A stretch of DNA of 53,415 nt from Candidatus Zixiibacteriota bacterium (GTDB lineage: Bacteria; Zixibacteria; MSB-5A5; RBG-16-43-9): NCBI GenBank assembly GCA_022865345.1, contig JALHSU010000261.1:1-53415 (forward strand). The letters are read 5' to 3'. Each line of letters starts with the position of its first letter. Positions within the stretch are counted from its first letter, which is position 1. Below, piece by piece: positions 25,126 to 34,009 of this stretch. The notes beneath the pieces were generated by a model. It did no database searches and had not been told where the DNA came from. It was given only the letters and a program-made list of their open reading frames with translations. Both the position numbers and the translations under genes were made by a program.

Positions 25126-25739
25126 AAAAGATAGTTTTACTGCTCGCCTGTCTAATGCTTTTGTTTTCTCAGGCTGAGGCGAAAAAGGGGATCAACCTCT
25201 CGCTTGGCCTGGGACACACATGGGCTATTGGAGAGATGGATAAAGCTACTCGTGGCAAAAACAATTTTAATCTGAGTGGTGATTACGAATTCGCTTCAGC
25301 GGGTGCTAATCAATATTTTGCCTTTTTGGTCGGATTAAAATTTAGCTTGCCACGTTTTGATGGCGAAGGAATTTATTACGCCGTTGATCCAGGTGGCCCT
25401 AAGACAATCACCAGCGATTGGCGTTGGGTCGCACTGACTCCATACTTCAAAATATTGATTGACAAAAATGATAAGCCGTTAGTCCCGTATTTCAAATTCG
25501 GGGTTGGGCTATATCATCTGTCGATCAAGTATAATCCAACTACATACCTTGGAGATATTTCCAAGAATTATCTTGGTTATGTAGTAGGTTTTGGCGTGGA
25601 ATACAATATCGGTCGCCTGGCTTTTACCGGCGAGCTTGAAGGAAATTTCGTGCCGCATACTAATCTTGAGTTGTTAACTCATAAAGTGCGGAATTGCAAT
25701 TTCATCAACCCCATGGCTGGAATGACTTTCAGGTTTTAA
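25122..25739 (+). CDS. small outer-membrane beta-barrel protein
   Basis: 205 aa. Signal peptide ...SQAEA, alternating beta-strand pattern, aromatic-rich, C-terminal ...GMTFRF (terminal Phe). Confidence 0.65.
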   Translation: MKKIVLLLACLMLLFSQAEAKKGINLSLGLGHTWAIGEMDKATRGKNNFNLSGDYEFASAGANQYFAFLVGLKFSLPRFDGEGIYYAVDPGGPKTITSDWRWVALTPYFKILIDKNDKPLVPYFKFGVGLYHLSIKYNPTTYLGDISKNYLGYVVGFGVEYNIGRLAFTGELEGNFVPHTNLELLTHKVRNCNFINPMAGMTFRF

Positions 25740-25782
25740 GTAATTTTTAGGCAAAGGTGGCGAGTCGCAGCTTGTTACTGTT

Positions 25783-25861
25783 GTCATTCTGGGCACGCAG
25801 GGCGAAGAATCCCTACAGATTCTTCGGTCGTCTCGCCTCCGGCGGACTCCCTCAGAATGAC
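25783..25861. repeat. GTCATTCTG-type inverted-repeat element (79 nt)
   Basis: GTCATTCTGGGCACGCAGGGCGAAGAATC-CCTACA-GATTCTTCGGTCGTCTCGCCTCCGGCGGACTCCCTCAGAATGAC. Confidence 0.9.
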
Positions 25862-25922
25862 TCGAGGAAATAGAACCTGCTGATAACGTCGGTAATGAAT
25901 AAAGATTCCAAAGGAGGTTTTC

Positions 25923-28547
25923 GTGCCAACTCTCAAAAATTATAAACCGTTAATCCTGTTTCTCCTCCTCCTCTTTTTACCTCTCCCCTGTTTTGCCCTA
26001 CCCGGCTCACCAGCAAGGGTTCATTTCTTGGATAACGGGATGCAGGTAATCACCAAGGAGGAGCATTCCAAAAATTTGATTGCTCTTAATATCTATGTAA
26101 AAGGGGGAAGCAGGACTGAGACACCGGAATTGAGCGGGTTGAGCCATTATTATGAGCATCTCATTTTTAGAGGAGGGACTGATAAGCAGAAGGAGCTGGA
26201 GACCAGGAAGGTTTTCCAGAGCCTGGGACAGTTTTTCGGATTCACCAGTGAGGATGTGACCTGTTATTATATGGTCGCTCCAAAGGAGAACCTGGATGAG
26301 GCTTTGTGGAGATATGCAGATGCAGTGATGAATCTCAAGGTTACCCAGGAGAGGATTGAATCTGAAAGACAGGTGGTCTTAGAAGAGTTCAATATGGATG
26401 AAGACCAGCCGGGTTATGCAGTCTGGCTACTTCTGGAGAAGAATGCTTATCGGACTCACCCGTATGGACAGACGGTTTTGGGCTCAAGAGAAGTTATCAA
26501 AAATGCCGATTTGGACCGGTTCAAAACCTTTTATCAGGAAAGGTATGTGCCCAACCAGATGGTGATGGCAATAGTGGGAGATTTCAACACGGATGAGATG
26601 ATGACGAAAATCAACTCCCTTTTTGGAAAATATCCCAGGGGAAAAGAATCGTTCGAATTAGAAAGACCTGAACCAGAACAAACAAAATTCTGGCAGGCTT
26701 TTAAAAGGATGAAATCCAGCTCCAGCTATCTTAACATCGGTTTCCACATCCCGGAGGCAACGCATCCGGATATCCCGGTTTTAGACGTGCTGAACGTGAT
26801 CTTAGGCCAGGGCGAAAGCTCCCGGCTTTACCAGGCATTGAAAAAAGAAGATAATCTGGCATATTCTGTAGGCTCTTCAGTTGACCAGAGGAAAGATCCC
26901 GGTCTTTTTGAAATCTATACTCAGTTAGACCCGAAAAATGAAACAAAGGTTGTGAATATTGTCTTTAAGGAGTTGAGCAAATTGTGGCAGAAAGAGGTTT
27001 TGCCAGAGGAAATAGATAAAGCTAAGTCCAAGATCGAGAATTCATATTATTTCGATAACCAGACCTATCTAAGCCAGGCACAGCGTTTATCTTATTATGC
27101 GGCAAATAGCGACCTGTTGCTTGAGTCTTCATATTTAGACCGGATCCGAAGCACCACACCTTCTGATATAAAAAGGGTAGCTTTGAAGTATCTGAAACCC
27201 TCGAATGCAACTTTAGCTGTAGTCGAACCAGAGGATGCTCCAGAAAACTCTTTTATTGACATAGCGGAAAAATATGATTCTCTTTTACCTGCTCAGGCAA
27301 AAGAGGAGATAAAAGCCAAACCTGAGAAGATCGTCCTTCCAAACGGCTTGACACTGCTTCTAAAAGAAGACCATTCCTCAAAAACCATTGCCCTGGAAGG
27401 TTATATCAAAGGAGGATTATGGTTGGAAGATGCGAAAAATGCCGGCATCTGCAATTTTGTAACCGAGATGCTTCTCAAGGGAACAAAAGAATATTCCTTA
27501 GACCAGATTGCCCAAAAGATCGACAGTCTGGGAATCGAGCTTTATGCCCAGAGCACTCCTGACTATGCCCGGGTTTCCCTTTTGGCTACTCCGGAGACAT
27601 TTAAACCTGGACTGGACCTTTTCTCTCAAGCCCTGTTTTATCCTGTTTTTCCGGAAAAAGAAATGGAGAACACCAGAACCGACATCATCGCTCAAATCCA
27701 GAAAGTCAAAGACTCAAGTTATGATCTGACCAACCAGGAGTTTGCCAGAGATATCTACATCAAATCACCTTACAAAAGGCCAGTGTTAGGGTATGAGGAA
27801 ACCGTGAGCAAGCTCTCCCCTGAAGAACTCAGGAGTTTTCATAAACGGGTTTTCGTCCCTTCTAATATTATTTTATCTGTAGTCGGAGATTTCAATTCAG
27901 AAGAGATAAAAAATCTTCTTAAATCCGAATTCGAAAAAGTCCCGGCCGCTCCTGCTCAGAAGTTTTCGTTGATAGATGAGCCAGCCCAGGAAAAGGGAAA
28001 ATCGCGGATAATTACCCAGGAAAAGCTTCAGACCACTTTCAACCTGGGAAGAATGGGGGTTAAAATAACCAGCCCTGACTATTTATCTTTGAAATTAGTG
28101 GAAAGGATTTTAAGCTCCCGGCTGTTTTTCAAATACGTTTATGAGGAGGGCATGGCTTACCGGATGTGGACTTATATGCAGCCCCACCTGGGCTCAGCCC
28201 CTTTCACTTTTGAGATGGGTGTATCCCCGGAGAATTTCACCAAAGCCAGAACCGGAATTTTGAGTGAAGTCCAGACCTTGCTGAAGTCTCCATTGTCTGA
28301 AAGTGAGGTGCAAACTGCAAAAGCCAACCTGATCTCCGGATTCTATCTTTCCCAGCAGACCAATACTGACCAGGCAAGGACCATGGCTTTCTACGAGATG
28401 GCAGGTTTAGGGTATCTGTATGCTGAGAGCTATCCGGACCTGGTAAATCGGGTGAAAACCTCAGAGATAGCCTCTGCGGCGAAAAAATACTTGGAACCAG
28501 ATAAATTCACTCTGGTGGCAGTTGGTAAAACCGAAGAGAAAAAATAA
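25923..28547 (+). CDS. M16 (pitrilysin) family zinc peptidase, two tandem M16 units, secreted
   Basis: 874 aa. GTG start after AAAGGAGG. Signal peptide. HYYEH (HxxEH) zinc motif in the first unit only; the second unit is non-catalytic. Confidence 0.9.
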   Translation: MPTLKNYKPLILFLLLLFLPLPCFALPGSPARVHFLDNGMQVITKEEHSKNLIALNIYVKGGSRTETPELSGLSHYYEHLIFRGGTDKQKELETRKVFQSLGQFFGFTSEDVTCYYMVAPKENLDEALWRYADAVMNLKVTQERIESERQVVLEEFNMDEDQPGYAVWLLLEKNAYRTHPYGQTVLGSREVIKNADLDRFKTFYQERYVPNQMVMAIVGDFNTDEMMTKINSLFGKYPRGKESFELERPEPEQTKFWQAFKRMKSSSSYLNIGFHIPEATHPDIPVLDVLNVILGQGESSRLYQALKKEDNLAYSVGSSVDQRKDPGLFEIYTQLDPKNETKVVNIVFKELSKLWQKEVLPEEIDKAKSKIENSYYFDNQTYLSQAQRLSYYAANSDLLLESSYLDRIRSTTPSDIKRVALKYLKPSNATLAVVEPEDAPENSFIDIAEKYDSLLPAQAKEEIKAKPEKIVLPNGLTLLLKEDHSSKTIALEGYIKGGLWLEDAKNAGICNFVTEMLLKGTKEYSLDQIAQKIDSLGIELYAQSTPDYARVSLLATPETFKPGLDLFSQALFYPVFPEKEMENTRTDIIAQIQKVKDSSYDLTNQEFARDIYIKSPYKRPVLGYEETVSKLSPEELRSFHKRVFVPSNIILSVVGDFNSEEIKNLLKSEFEKVPAAPAQKFSLIDEPAQEKGKSRIITQEKLQTTFNLGRMGVKITSPDYLSLKLVERILSSRLFFKYVYEEGMAYRMWTYMQPHLGSAPFTFEMGVSPENFTKARTGILSEVQTLLKSPLSESEVQTAKANLISGFYLSQQTNTDQARTMAFYEMAGLGYLYAESYPDLVNRVKTSEIASAAKKYLEPDKFTLVAVGKTEEKK

Positions 28548-28570
28548 ACTCTTAAATCAAGGAGGAGCAG

Positions 28571-28792
28571 ATGAAAACCAATGAAAGCGGTGCTGACCGG
28601 CTGATCCGCATAATAGTCGGCATCCTTCTTTTCATATTAGGCTGGCTGGTCTTAAAAAACCGCGTTCTGGGGATAATCTTTGATATCCTCGGTATAATCC
28701 TTTTTATCACCGGCATAACCGGCTTTTGCGGGTTGTATAAGCTCTTTTGCATCAATACCAAAAAGGAGGAGACGCCGCAAAAACCTGCTTGA
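28571..28792 (+). CDS. DUF2892 (YgaP-like) small membrane protein
   Basis: 73 aa. ADRLIRIIVGILLFILG...GITGFCGLYKLF pattern. AAGGAGGAG SD. Confidence 0.8.
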   Translation: MKTNESGADRLIRIIVGILLFILGWLVLKNRVLGIIFDILGIILFITGITGFCGLYKLFCINTKKEETPQKPA

Positions 28793-28810
28793 GATTATGC
28801 TCTGTGCTCT

Positions 28811-29132
28811 TGGCGGATGTTATCATCCACCAAGGAGGTCAGAGAGGATGATAACATCCTCGCTGATTGAGCAGACAAATGTCATTCTGAGCCCGCAGGG
28901 CGAAGAATCTGTAGATTCTTCGGTCGTCCATTTGGACTCCCTCAGAATGACAACAGTCGGGTGACACCCTCAAACTTGTTTGAGGGTGATGCAGATGTGT
29001 CGTTCTGAGCCCGAAGAGGCGAAGAATCTATAGTCAACCTGTACACCCAGGTTGCCCTCAACCTGGGTTCATATTCCCACCTTGCGGGCAAGGTGGGAAT
29101 ACCACTGACGTTCGAACTGACTTCAGTCAGGT
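28811..29132. repeat. array of seven hairpin modules between DUF2892 and EamA genes
   Basis: GGATGTTATCATCC...GGATGATAACATCC (28811-28866), GTCATTCTGAG element (28881-28951), CACCCTCAAACTTGTTTGAGGGTG (28965-28988), GTCGTTCTGAG half-unit (28999-29028), ACCCAGGTTGCCCTCAACCTGGGT (29044-29067), TTCCCACCTTGCGGGCAAGGTGGGAA (29074-29099), AACTGACTTCAGTCAGGT (29115-29132). Confidence 0.9.
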
Positions 29133-29221
29133 AATGCTTACGCAGTGAAAATCTTTTGAGCCTTTGAGCAATTAAACCAACGAGGGTTCCACCGTTATAC
29201 CTTTCAAATAGACAAAGCCTG

Positions 29222-30133
29222 ATGAATTCTTCTTCTGCCAGAAGCAGTAATTTTCTCCCCTCTTTTTTGTTTGCCGTTTTATGCCTGATCTGGGGCTCAA
29301 CCTGGTTGGGCATAAAGATAGGATTGGAGGACTCTCCTCCATTTTTGTCTGCTGGCTTCAGGTTTCTCATTGCTACGCTCTTCCTCTTTTTCTGGGCGAA
29401 GAAAAAAGGGATAAAATTTTCTGATTATAAAAGCCAGGCATTCAAAATCCTCATCCCTGGCTTTTTTATGTATTATCTTTCCTATTCCCTGGTTTACTGG
29501 GGTGAGCAGTATATAAATTCGGGGTTGACCGCAGTTCTATTTGCCACCCTTCCCTTTTTTGTGTCTATCTTTGCCACCCTGTTTTTAAAAGAAGAAAAGC
29601 TCACCTGGTTCAGATTGTTCGGGCTTGTAGTAGGATTCTCCGGCATTCTTTTAATCTTCCGGGATAGCCTAAGCCTTGAAGGAGAAAACCTGCTTCACGG
29701 AATGATTGGGATTATATTGAGTGCTGGTTTTTCAGCCTACGCTTCGGTCAGGGTTAAAAGAGACCTGCATTCAGTCGAGCCGGTAGTCATCTCAGTCTTT
29801 CAGATGGGATTGGGAACCATGCTCCTGTTAGGTTCAGGATTTCTATTTGAGAAAATCACCGATTTCAAGCTAACTTATAAATCCATCGGCGCATTGTTTT
29901 ATCTATCCTTTTTTGGCTCAGCTTTCGCTTTTATGTCTTATTACTGGCTTCTGAAGAGAATAGAGGTTACCAAACTGTCCCTGATAGCTTTCATCACCCC
30001 GATCGTGGCTTTGATCTTAGGCTGGCTGGTCCTGGGAGAGAGTATCAGCGGATACTTGATTTCCGGAACGGTTTTAGTTATAATAGGTATTTGGCTGGTC
30101 TCAAGATATGGCATAGCCGGACGGAAAAAGTAA
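29222..30133 (+). CDS. EamA/DMT-superfamily transporter
   Basis: 303 aa, about 10 TM segments, two EamA-like halves. The start is uncertain because its 5' end abuts a hairpin array. Confidence 0.85.
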   Translation: MNSSSARSSNFLPSFLFAVLCLIWGSTWLGIKIGLEDSPPFLSAGFRFLIATLFLFFWAKKKGIKFSDYKSQAFKILIPGFFMYYLSYSLVYWGEQYINSGLTAVLFATLPFFVSIFATLFLKEEKLTWFRLFGLVVGFSGILLIFRDSLSLEGENLLHGMIGIILSAGFSAYASVRVKRDLHSVEPVVISVFQMGLGTMLLLGSGFLFEKITDFKLTYKSIGALFYLSFFGSAFAFMSYYWLLKRIEVTKLSLIAFITPIVALILGWLVLGESISGYLISGTVLVIIGIWLVSRYGIAGRKK

Positions 30134-30157
30134 AAGGTATCATGCTTGCGAGGGTGG

Positions 30158-30242
30158 CACCCTCAAACTTGTTTGAGGGTGATGCAGGAGATTTATACAA
30201 ATGCCTTTGATTTATATTCCCGCCCTGTGGCAAAGGTGGGAA
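30158..30242. repeat. hairpin cassette upstream of cysK
   Basis: CACCCTCAAACTTGTTTGAGGGTG (30158-30181) and the degenerate TTCCCGCCCTGTGGCAAAGGTGGGAA (30217-30242). Confidence 0.85.
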
Positions 30243-30278
30243 TACCGATTGACAACCAAGAAAACGGAAAGGTAAAAT

Positions 30279-31199
30279 ATGAGAATGGCAAAAAGCATTC
30301 TGGAACTGATCGGGCAAACTCCGATAGTCAGATTAAACCGGGTTACCAGTGAAGTCAAGCCAGAGATCTGGGCTAAATTAGAGATGTTTAACCCTACCGG
30401 AAGCGTTAAGGACCGGATTGCCCTTTATATGATTGAACAGGCAGAAAAAAAGGGGATCTTAAAAAAAGGCGGAGTTATTGTAGAGCCTACTACTGGAAAT
30501 ACTGGCATAGCTCTGGCGGCTGTAGCAGCCATTAAGGGGTACAGGATGATAGCGGTTATGTCCGAGGCGATGAGCCTGGAAAGAAGAAGGATCATCAAAG
30601 CTTTTGGAGGAGAGGTGGTCTTAACCCCGGCTATAGAGGATGCTGCCGGAGCTATTAGTAAAGCCCGGGAAATAGTAAGAACTACTCCTAACTCCTTTAT
30701 GCCGGATCAGTTCACCAATTTCGACAATATCCAGGCACATAAAGAGACTACTGCCCGGGAGATCCTCGAACAGACTGAAGGTAAATTAGATGTTGTGGTA
30801 ATTGCGGCTGGAACCGGCGGGACTTTTTCTGGGGTAGCCGAGGTTTTGAAGAAAGAGATACCAGAGATCAAATGCGTAGTAGTGGAGCCGGCTGGCTCTG
30901 CAGTCCTTTCCGGATGTGACCCGGGACTGCACAAGATCCAGGGAATCGGAGAAGGGTTTATTCCAGAATGTCTCAAGACCCATCTGTGCGATGAGGTCAT
31001 TCCGGTTGGAGATGATGAGGCAATCAACATGGCAAGAAGATTGGCTAAAGAGGAGGGAATCTTGGCCGGGATATCATCCGGTGCCAATGTGTTTGCCGCT
31101 CTACAAGTAGCCACCAAAATGGAAAAGGGGAAAATCCTGACTTTCATCCCGGACAGTGGCCAGCGTTATTTGACTAATGAGTTATTCGCCAATATATAG
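30279..31199 (+). CDS. cysK: cysteine synthase (O-acetylserine sulfhydrylase)
   Basis: NPTGSVKDR PLP-lysine motif, GTGGT loop and SSGAN motif. Confidence 0.92.
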   Translation: MRMAKSILELIGQTPIVRLNRVTSEVKPEIWAKLEMFNPTGSVKDRIALYMIEQAEKKGILKKGGVIVEPTTGNTGIALAAVAAIKGYRMIAVMSEAMSLERRRIIKAFGGEVVLTPAIEDAAGAISKAREIVRTTPNSFMPDQFTNFDNIQAHKETTAREILEQTEGKLDVVVIAAGTGGTFSGVAEVLKKEIPEIKCVVVEPAGSAVLSGCDPGLHKIQGIGEGFIPECLKTHLCDEVIPVGDDEAINMARRLAKEEGILAGISSGANVFAALQVATKMEKGKILTFIPDSGQRYLTNELFANI

Positions 31200-31214
31200 G
31201 TCAAACTTTGTTCT

Positions 31215-31545
31215 AACTGACTTTAGTCAGGTCTCTCCTTCTCCTTTTTAAGGAGAGGGATTAAGGGTGAGGTTATTGTCCTGACTGACTAAGCTCCTGG
31301 TGGATGTTATCATCCATCAGAAAAGAGTCAGCGAGGATGATAACATCCTCGCTGAGCAAGGTTCCCCTCTCCTTACAGGAGAGGGTTAGGATGAGGTCAC
31401 CGTTCTAATTTCGGCAAACCCATCTTGCCCTAAAGATGGATTTATAAGACCCCGCCTTGAGGGCAAGGCGGGGCTACGTGGGTTATTCTGATTTAGACGG
31501 TAAACCCACAGCCTGCCCGTAGGGCTACCCTCAACCTGGGTAGCG
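31215..31545. repeat. largest hairpin array in the window (nine or more modules)
   Basis: AACTGACTTTAGTCAGGT, CCTTCTCCTTTTTAAGGAGAGGG, GGTGGATGTTATCATCCATCA...GAGGATGATAACATCCTC (31298-31354), CCCTCTCCTTACAGGAGAGGG, ACCCATCTTGCCCTAAAGATGGAT, CCCCGCCTTGAGGGCAAGGCGGGG, GTGGGTT...AACCCAC, CTACCCTCAACCTGGGTAG. Confidence 0.85.
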
Positions 31546-31591
31546 GGCGGGATTACCTTCAACAGGAGAACTCAACTCTTCAGGAGACAAA

Positions 31592-32287
31592 ATGACTAAC
31601 TTAGAAAATATAATCGACCGCCAGATAAAAAGATGGGAATTAGAGAAAAAGAAGAGAGAGGAAGAGCAAAAAGCTCAGGTTAAAGAGATTTTCCCGGGAC
31701 CTGTGATAACCGTATCCAGAGAAAGGGGGAGTCGAGGGAGTTATCTGGCAAGGATTTTGGCTGAGAAACTCAACTATCAGCTTGTTCACCGGGAGATAAT
31801 AGATTATATGGTCAAGGATACCGGAGTAAGACGCAGGTTGATAGAATCCTTGGATGAAAAGGTTAAATCTGAAATAGAGCTGTGGGTGGAGGGACTTTTG
31901 AAAGGAAAATATTTAGGCAAAAGCGATTACCTTTATCATTTAATGAAATCGATTTTAGCTATAGCCCAGCATGGCGAAACTGTAATTATCGGTAGAGGCG
32001 CAAATTTCGTCCTGGGCTTGGAAAAAGGTTTTCATATCAGGATTGTCGCTCCAATTGAAAAAAGAATCGAAAACCTGATTGTCTACAAGCATTTCAATGC
32101 AGCCCAAGCCAAAAAGGAAATCGAGCGTGGAGATAAAGAGCGAAAAGAATTTATTCATACCTTTTTTGGGAAAAATATTGATGACCCTTCTTCTTATGAC
32201 CTCATCTTAAACACAGCTAATTTCCAGATCGAAGAAGCTTTGGACTTGATATTAAAAGCTTTTGATTCAAAATTCAAAAAAACGTAG
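31592..32287 (+). CDS. cytidylate kinase-like family protein
   Basis: 231 aa. VITVSRERGSRGSYLARILAEKL P-loop-like block typical of the Cytidylate_kin2 family. Confidence 0.7.
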   Translation: MTNLENIIDRQIKRWELEKKKREEEQKAQVKEIFPGPVITVSRERGSRGSYLARILAEKLNYQLVHREIIDYMVKDTGVRRRLIESLDEKVKSEIELWVEGLLKGKYLGKSDYLYHLMKSILAIAQHGETVIIGRGANFVLGLEKGFHIRIVAPIEKRIENLIVYKHFNAAQAKKEIERGDKERKEFIHTFFGKNIDDPSSYDLILNTANFQIEEALDLILKAFDSKFKKT

Positions 32288-32354
32288 AGACGCATCGTCT
32301 GCATCTTTCTTTTGTCATTCTGAAGGAGTCCCCTACGGGGACAACTGAAGAATC
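32284..32354. repeat. degenerate GTAGAGACGCAT hairpin plus GTCATTCTGAAGGAG half-unit
   Basis: GTAGAGACGCATCGTCTGCATC (32284-) and GTCATTCTGAAGGAGTCCCCTACGGGGACAACTGAAGAATC (32314-32354). Confidence 0.75.
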
Positions 32355-32502
32355 TGGTTTTCCTTCACGACCAGATGCTTCGCTAAGCTCAGCCTGACAC
32401 CGACCGCTACACTTCACTTCGGCATCATCACGGATTATGCATTCATATTCCAGTAAACTAACTTCCCTTTTTCCATCTTTCGTTTTTCACCCCATTTTCT
32501 CC

Positions 32503-32531
32503 TTGACAACTCCTACAAATACCTTAATATT
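32503..32531 (+). promoter_or_regulatory. sigma70-like promoter of lpxC/fabZ-lpxA
   Basis: TTGACA (32503-32508), 16 nt spacer, TAATAT (32525-32530). Confidence 0.55.
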
Positions 32532-32571
32532 ACTCAAAAATTTTGAAGCAGATCTCAACTAAGATAGATAT

Positions 32572-33972
32572 ATGGAAAAATATCAGAAAACCATCAAGAA
32601 ACCAGCCACTTACACCGGCGTGGGACTACATACCGGAAACAAAACCACTGTGACCTTTAAGCCTGCTCCGGTTAATCACTGGATCAGCTTTGTCCGCAAG
32701 GATCTGCCTGATTCTCCGGAAATTCCGGCTGACATTGAACACGTGGTCGATATGACCAGGGGAACCACACTGGGCAAAGGAAATGTAAAAGTCTACACGG
32801 TGGAGCACGTCCTGGCCGCAGTAGTGGGACTGGAAATTGACAATCTGACAATCGAGTTAGATAACGATGAGCCTCCAGTAGGAGACGGCAGTTCACTCCC
32901 CTTTGTCCAGGCACTGAACTCAGCTGGCATACAGGAACAGGATGTTCCGAAAAATTTCATCCAGGTTGATACTCCCTTGATCCACTCTGATAAGGAAAGA
33001 GGAGTTGATATAGCCGCCTTCCCGGCGGATGATTTACGAATTACCTTTATGATTGATTATCGCAACCCTGCTTTGGGTACCCAGTATACTTCCCTGATTT
33101 CCCTGAAAGATGAGTTCGTCAAGGAGTTTGCCCCGGCCAGGACCTTTTGTTTTCTGCACGAGTTGGAGATGCTCAAAGAAAAAGGGTTGATCAAAGGCGG
33201 GGGATTAGAAAGCTCCATAGTGATCTGTGATAATGATATGGGTCAGGAGGACCTGGAAAAGCTTAAGGCACTGTTTGGTTTGAAAGATAAGGTTTTCGTG
33301 GGCAAAACCGGCATCCTGAATGACGTTCCCCTGAGATTTTATAACGAGCCTGCCAGGCATAAGGCTTTAGACCTTTTAGGTGATCTCTCCCTGATCGGCG
33401 TTCCATTAAAAGCCCATATCTTGGCTGCCAGATCAGGCCATGCAGCTAATGTGGCTTTAGTCAAGAAACTGCACCAGCTTTATGAGAAGAAACTTATAGC
33501 CAGCAAATATCAGGAGAAAATAAAGAAAGGGGATTATCTTTTAGATGCCAGGGCTATCCAGAAAATAATGCCTCACCGTTATCCCTTCCTCCTGGTGGAC
33601 AGGGTCATAGATTTAATCCCCAAGGAAAGAGTGGTGGCAATCAAGAACGTTACCCTGAATGAGCCTTTTTTTGCGGGACATTTTCCGGATCATCCTATTA
33701 TGCCTGGGGTGTTGATAATCGAGGCGATGGCTCAGGCAGGTGGAATCCTTTTATTGAACACAGTTGATAACCCGGAAGAAAAAGTGGTCTACTTTATGGG
33801 AATGGATGAGGTTAGGTTCAGAAAGCCGGTCCTACCTGGGGACCAGTTGCGTTTTGAGCTGGATATGATTCAATATAGAAAAGGAGGAGCCTGTAAGATG
33901 CAGGGAAAAGCCTTCTTAGGCGAGGATCTGGCAGCAGAGGCAATCCTTTTAGCAACCATAATGGATAAATAG
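32572..33972 (+). CDS. lpxC/fabZ: bifunctional UDP-3-O-acyl-GlcNAc deacetylase / 3-hydroxyacyl-ACP dehydratase (LpxC-FabZ fusion)
   Basis: 466 aa. The N-terminal part is LpxC-like (TGVGLHTG, TVEHVLAA, HKALDLLGDL). The C-terminal part is FabZ hotdog (LPHRYPFLLVDRV, FFAGHFP, PGVLIIEAMAQ). Confidence 0.93.
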   Translation: MEKYQKTIKKPATYTGVGLHTGNKTTVTFKPAPVNHWISFVRKDLPDSPEIPADIEHVVDMTRGTTLGKGNVKVYTVEHVLAAVVGLEIDNLTIELDNDEPPVGDGSSLPFVQALNSAGIQEQDVPKNFIQVDTPLIHSDKERGVDIAAFPADDLRITFMIDYRNPALGTQYTSLISLKDEFVKEFAPARTFCFLHELEMLKEKGLIKGGGLESSIVICDNDMGQEDLEKLKALFGLKDKVFVGKTGILNDVPLRFYNEPARHKALDLLGDLSLIGVPLKAHILAARSGHAANVALVKKLHQLYEKKLIASKYQEKIKKGDYLLDARAIQKIMPHRYPFLLVDRVIDLIPKERVVAIKNVTLNEPFFAGHFPDHPIMPGVLIIEAMAQAGGILLLNTVDNPEEKVVYFMGMDEVRFRKPVLPGDQLRFELDMIQYRKGGACKMQGKAFLGEDLAAEAILLATIMDK

Positions 33973-34009
33973 CCTTTAAGCTTAACCCTTCTTCCTTTTT
34001 TCATCTCTA

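Noticed and set aside
28800-29135. Hairpin arrays (here and at 31.2-31.6 kb) as a possible CRISPR array
   Set aside because: There is no single repeat at regular spacing and no unique spacers of uniform length. Each unit is a different palindrome class that also occurs singly elsewhere, and no cas genes are present.
28942-29370. 142-aa ORF on the minus strand
   Set aside because: It runs through the seven-module array and lies antisense to the EamA 5' end.
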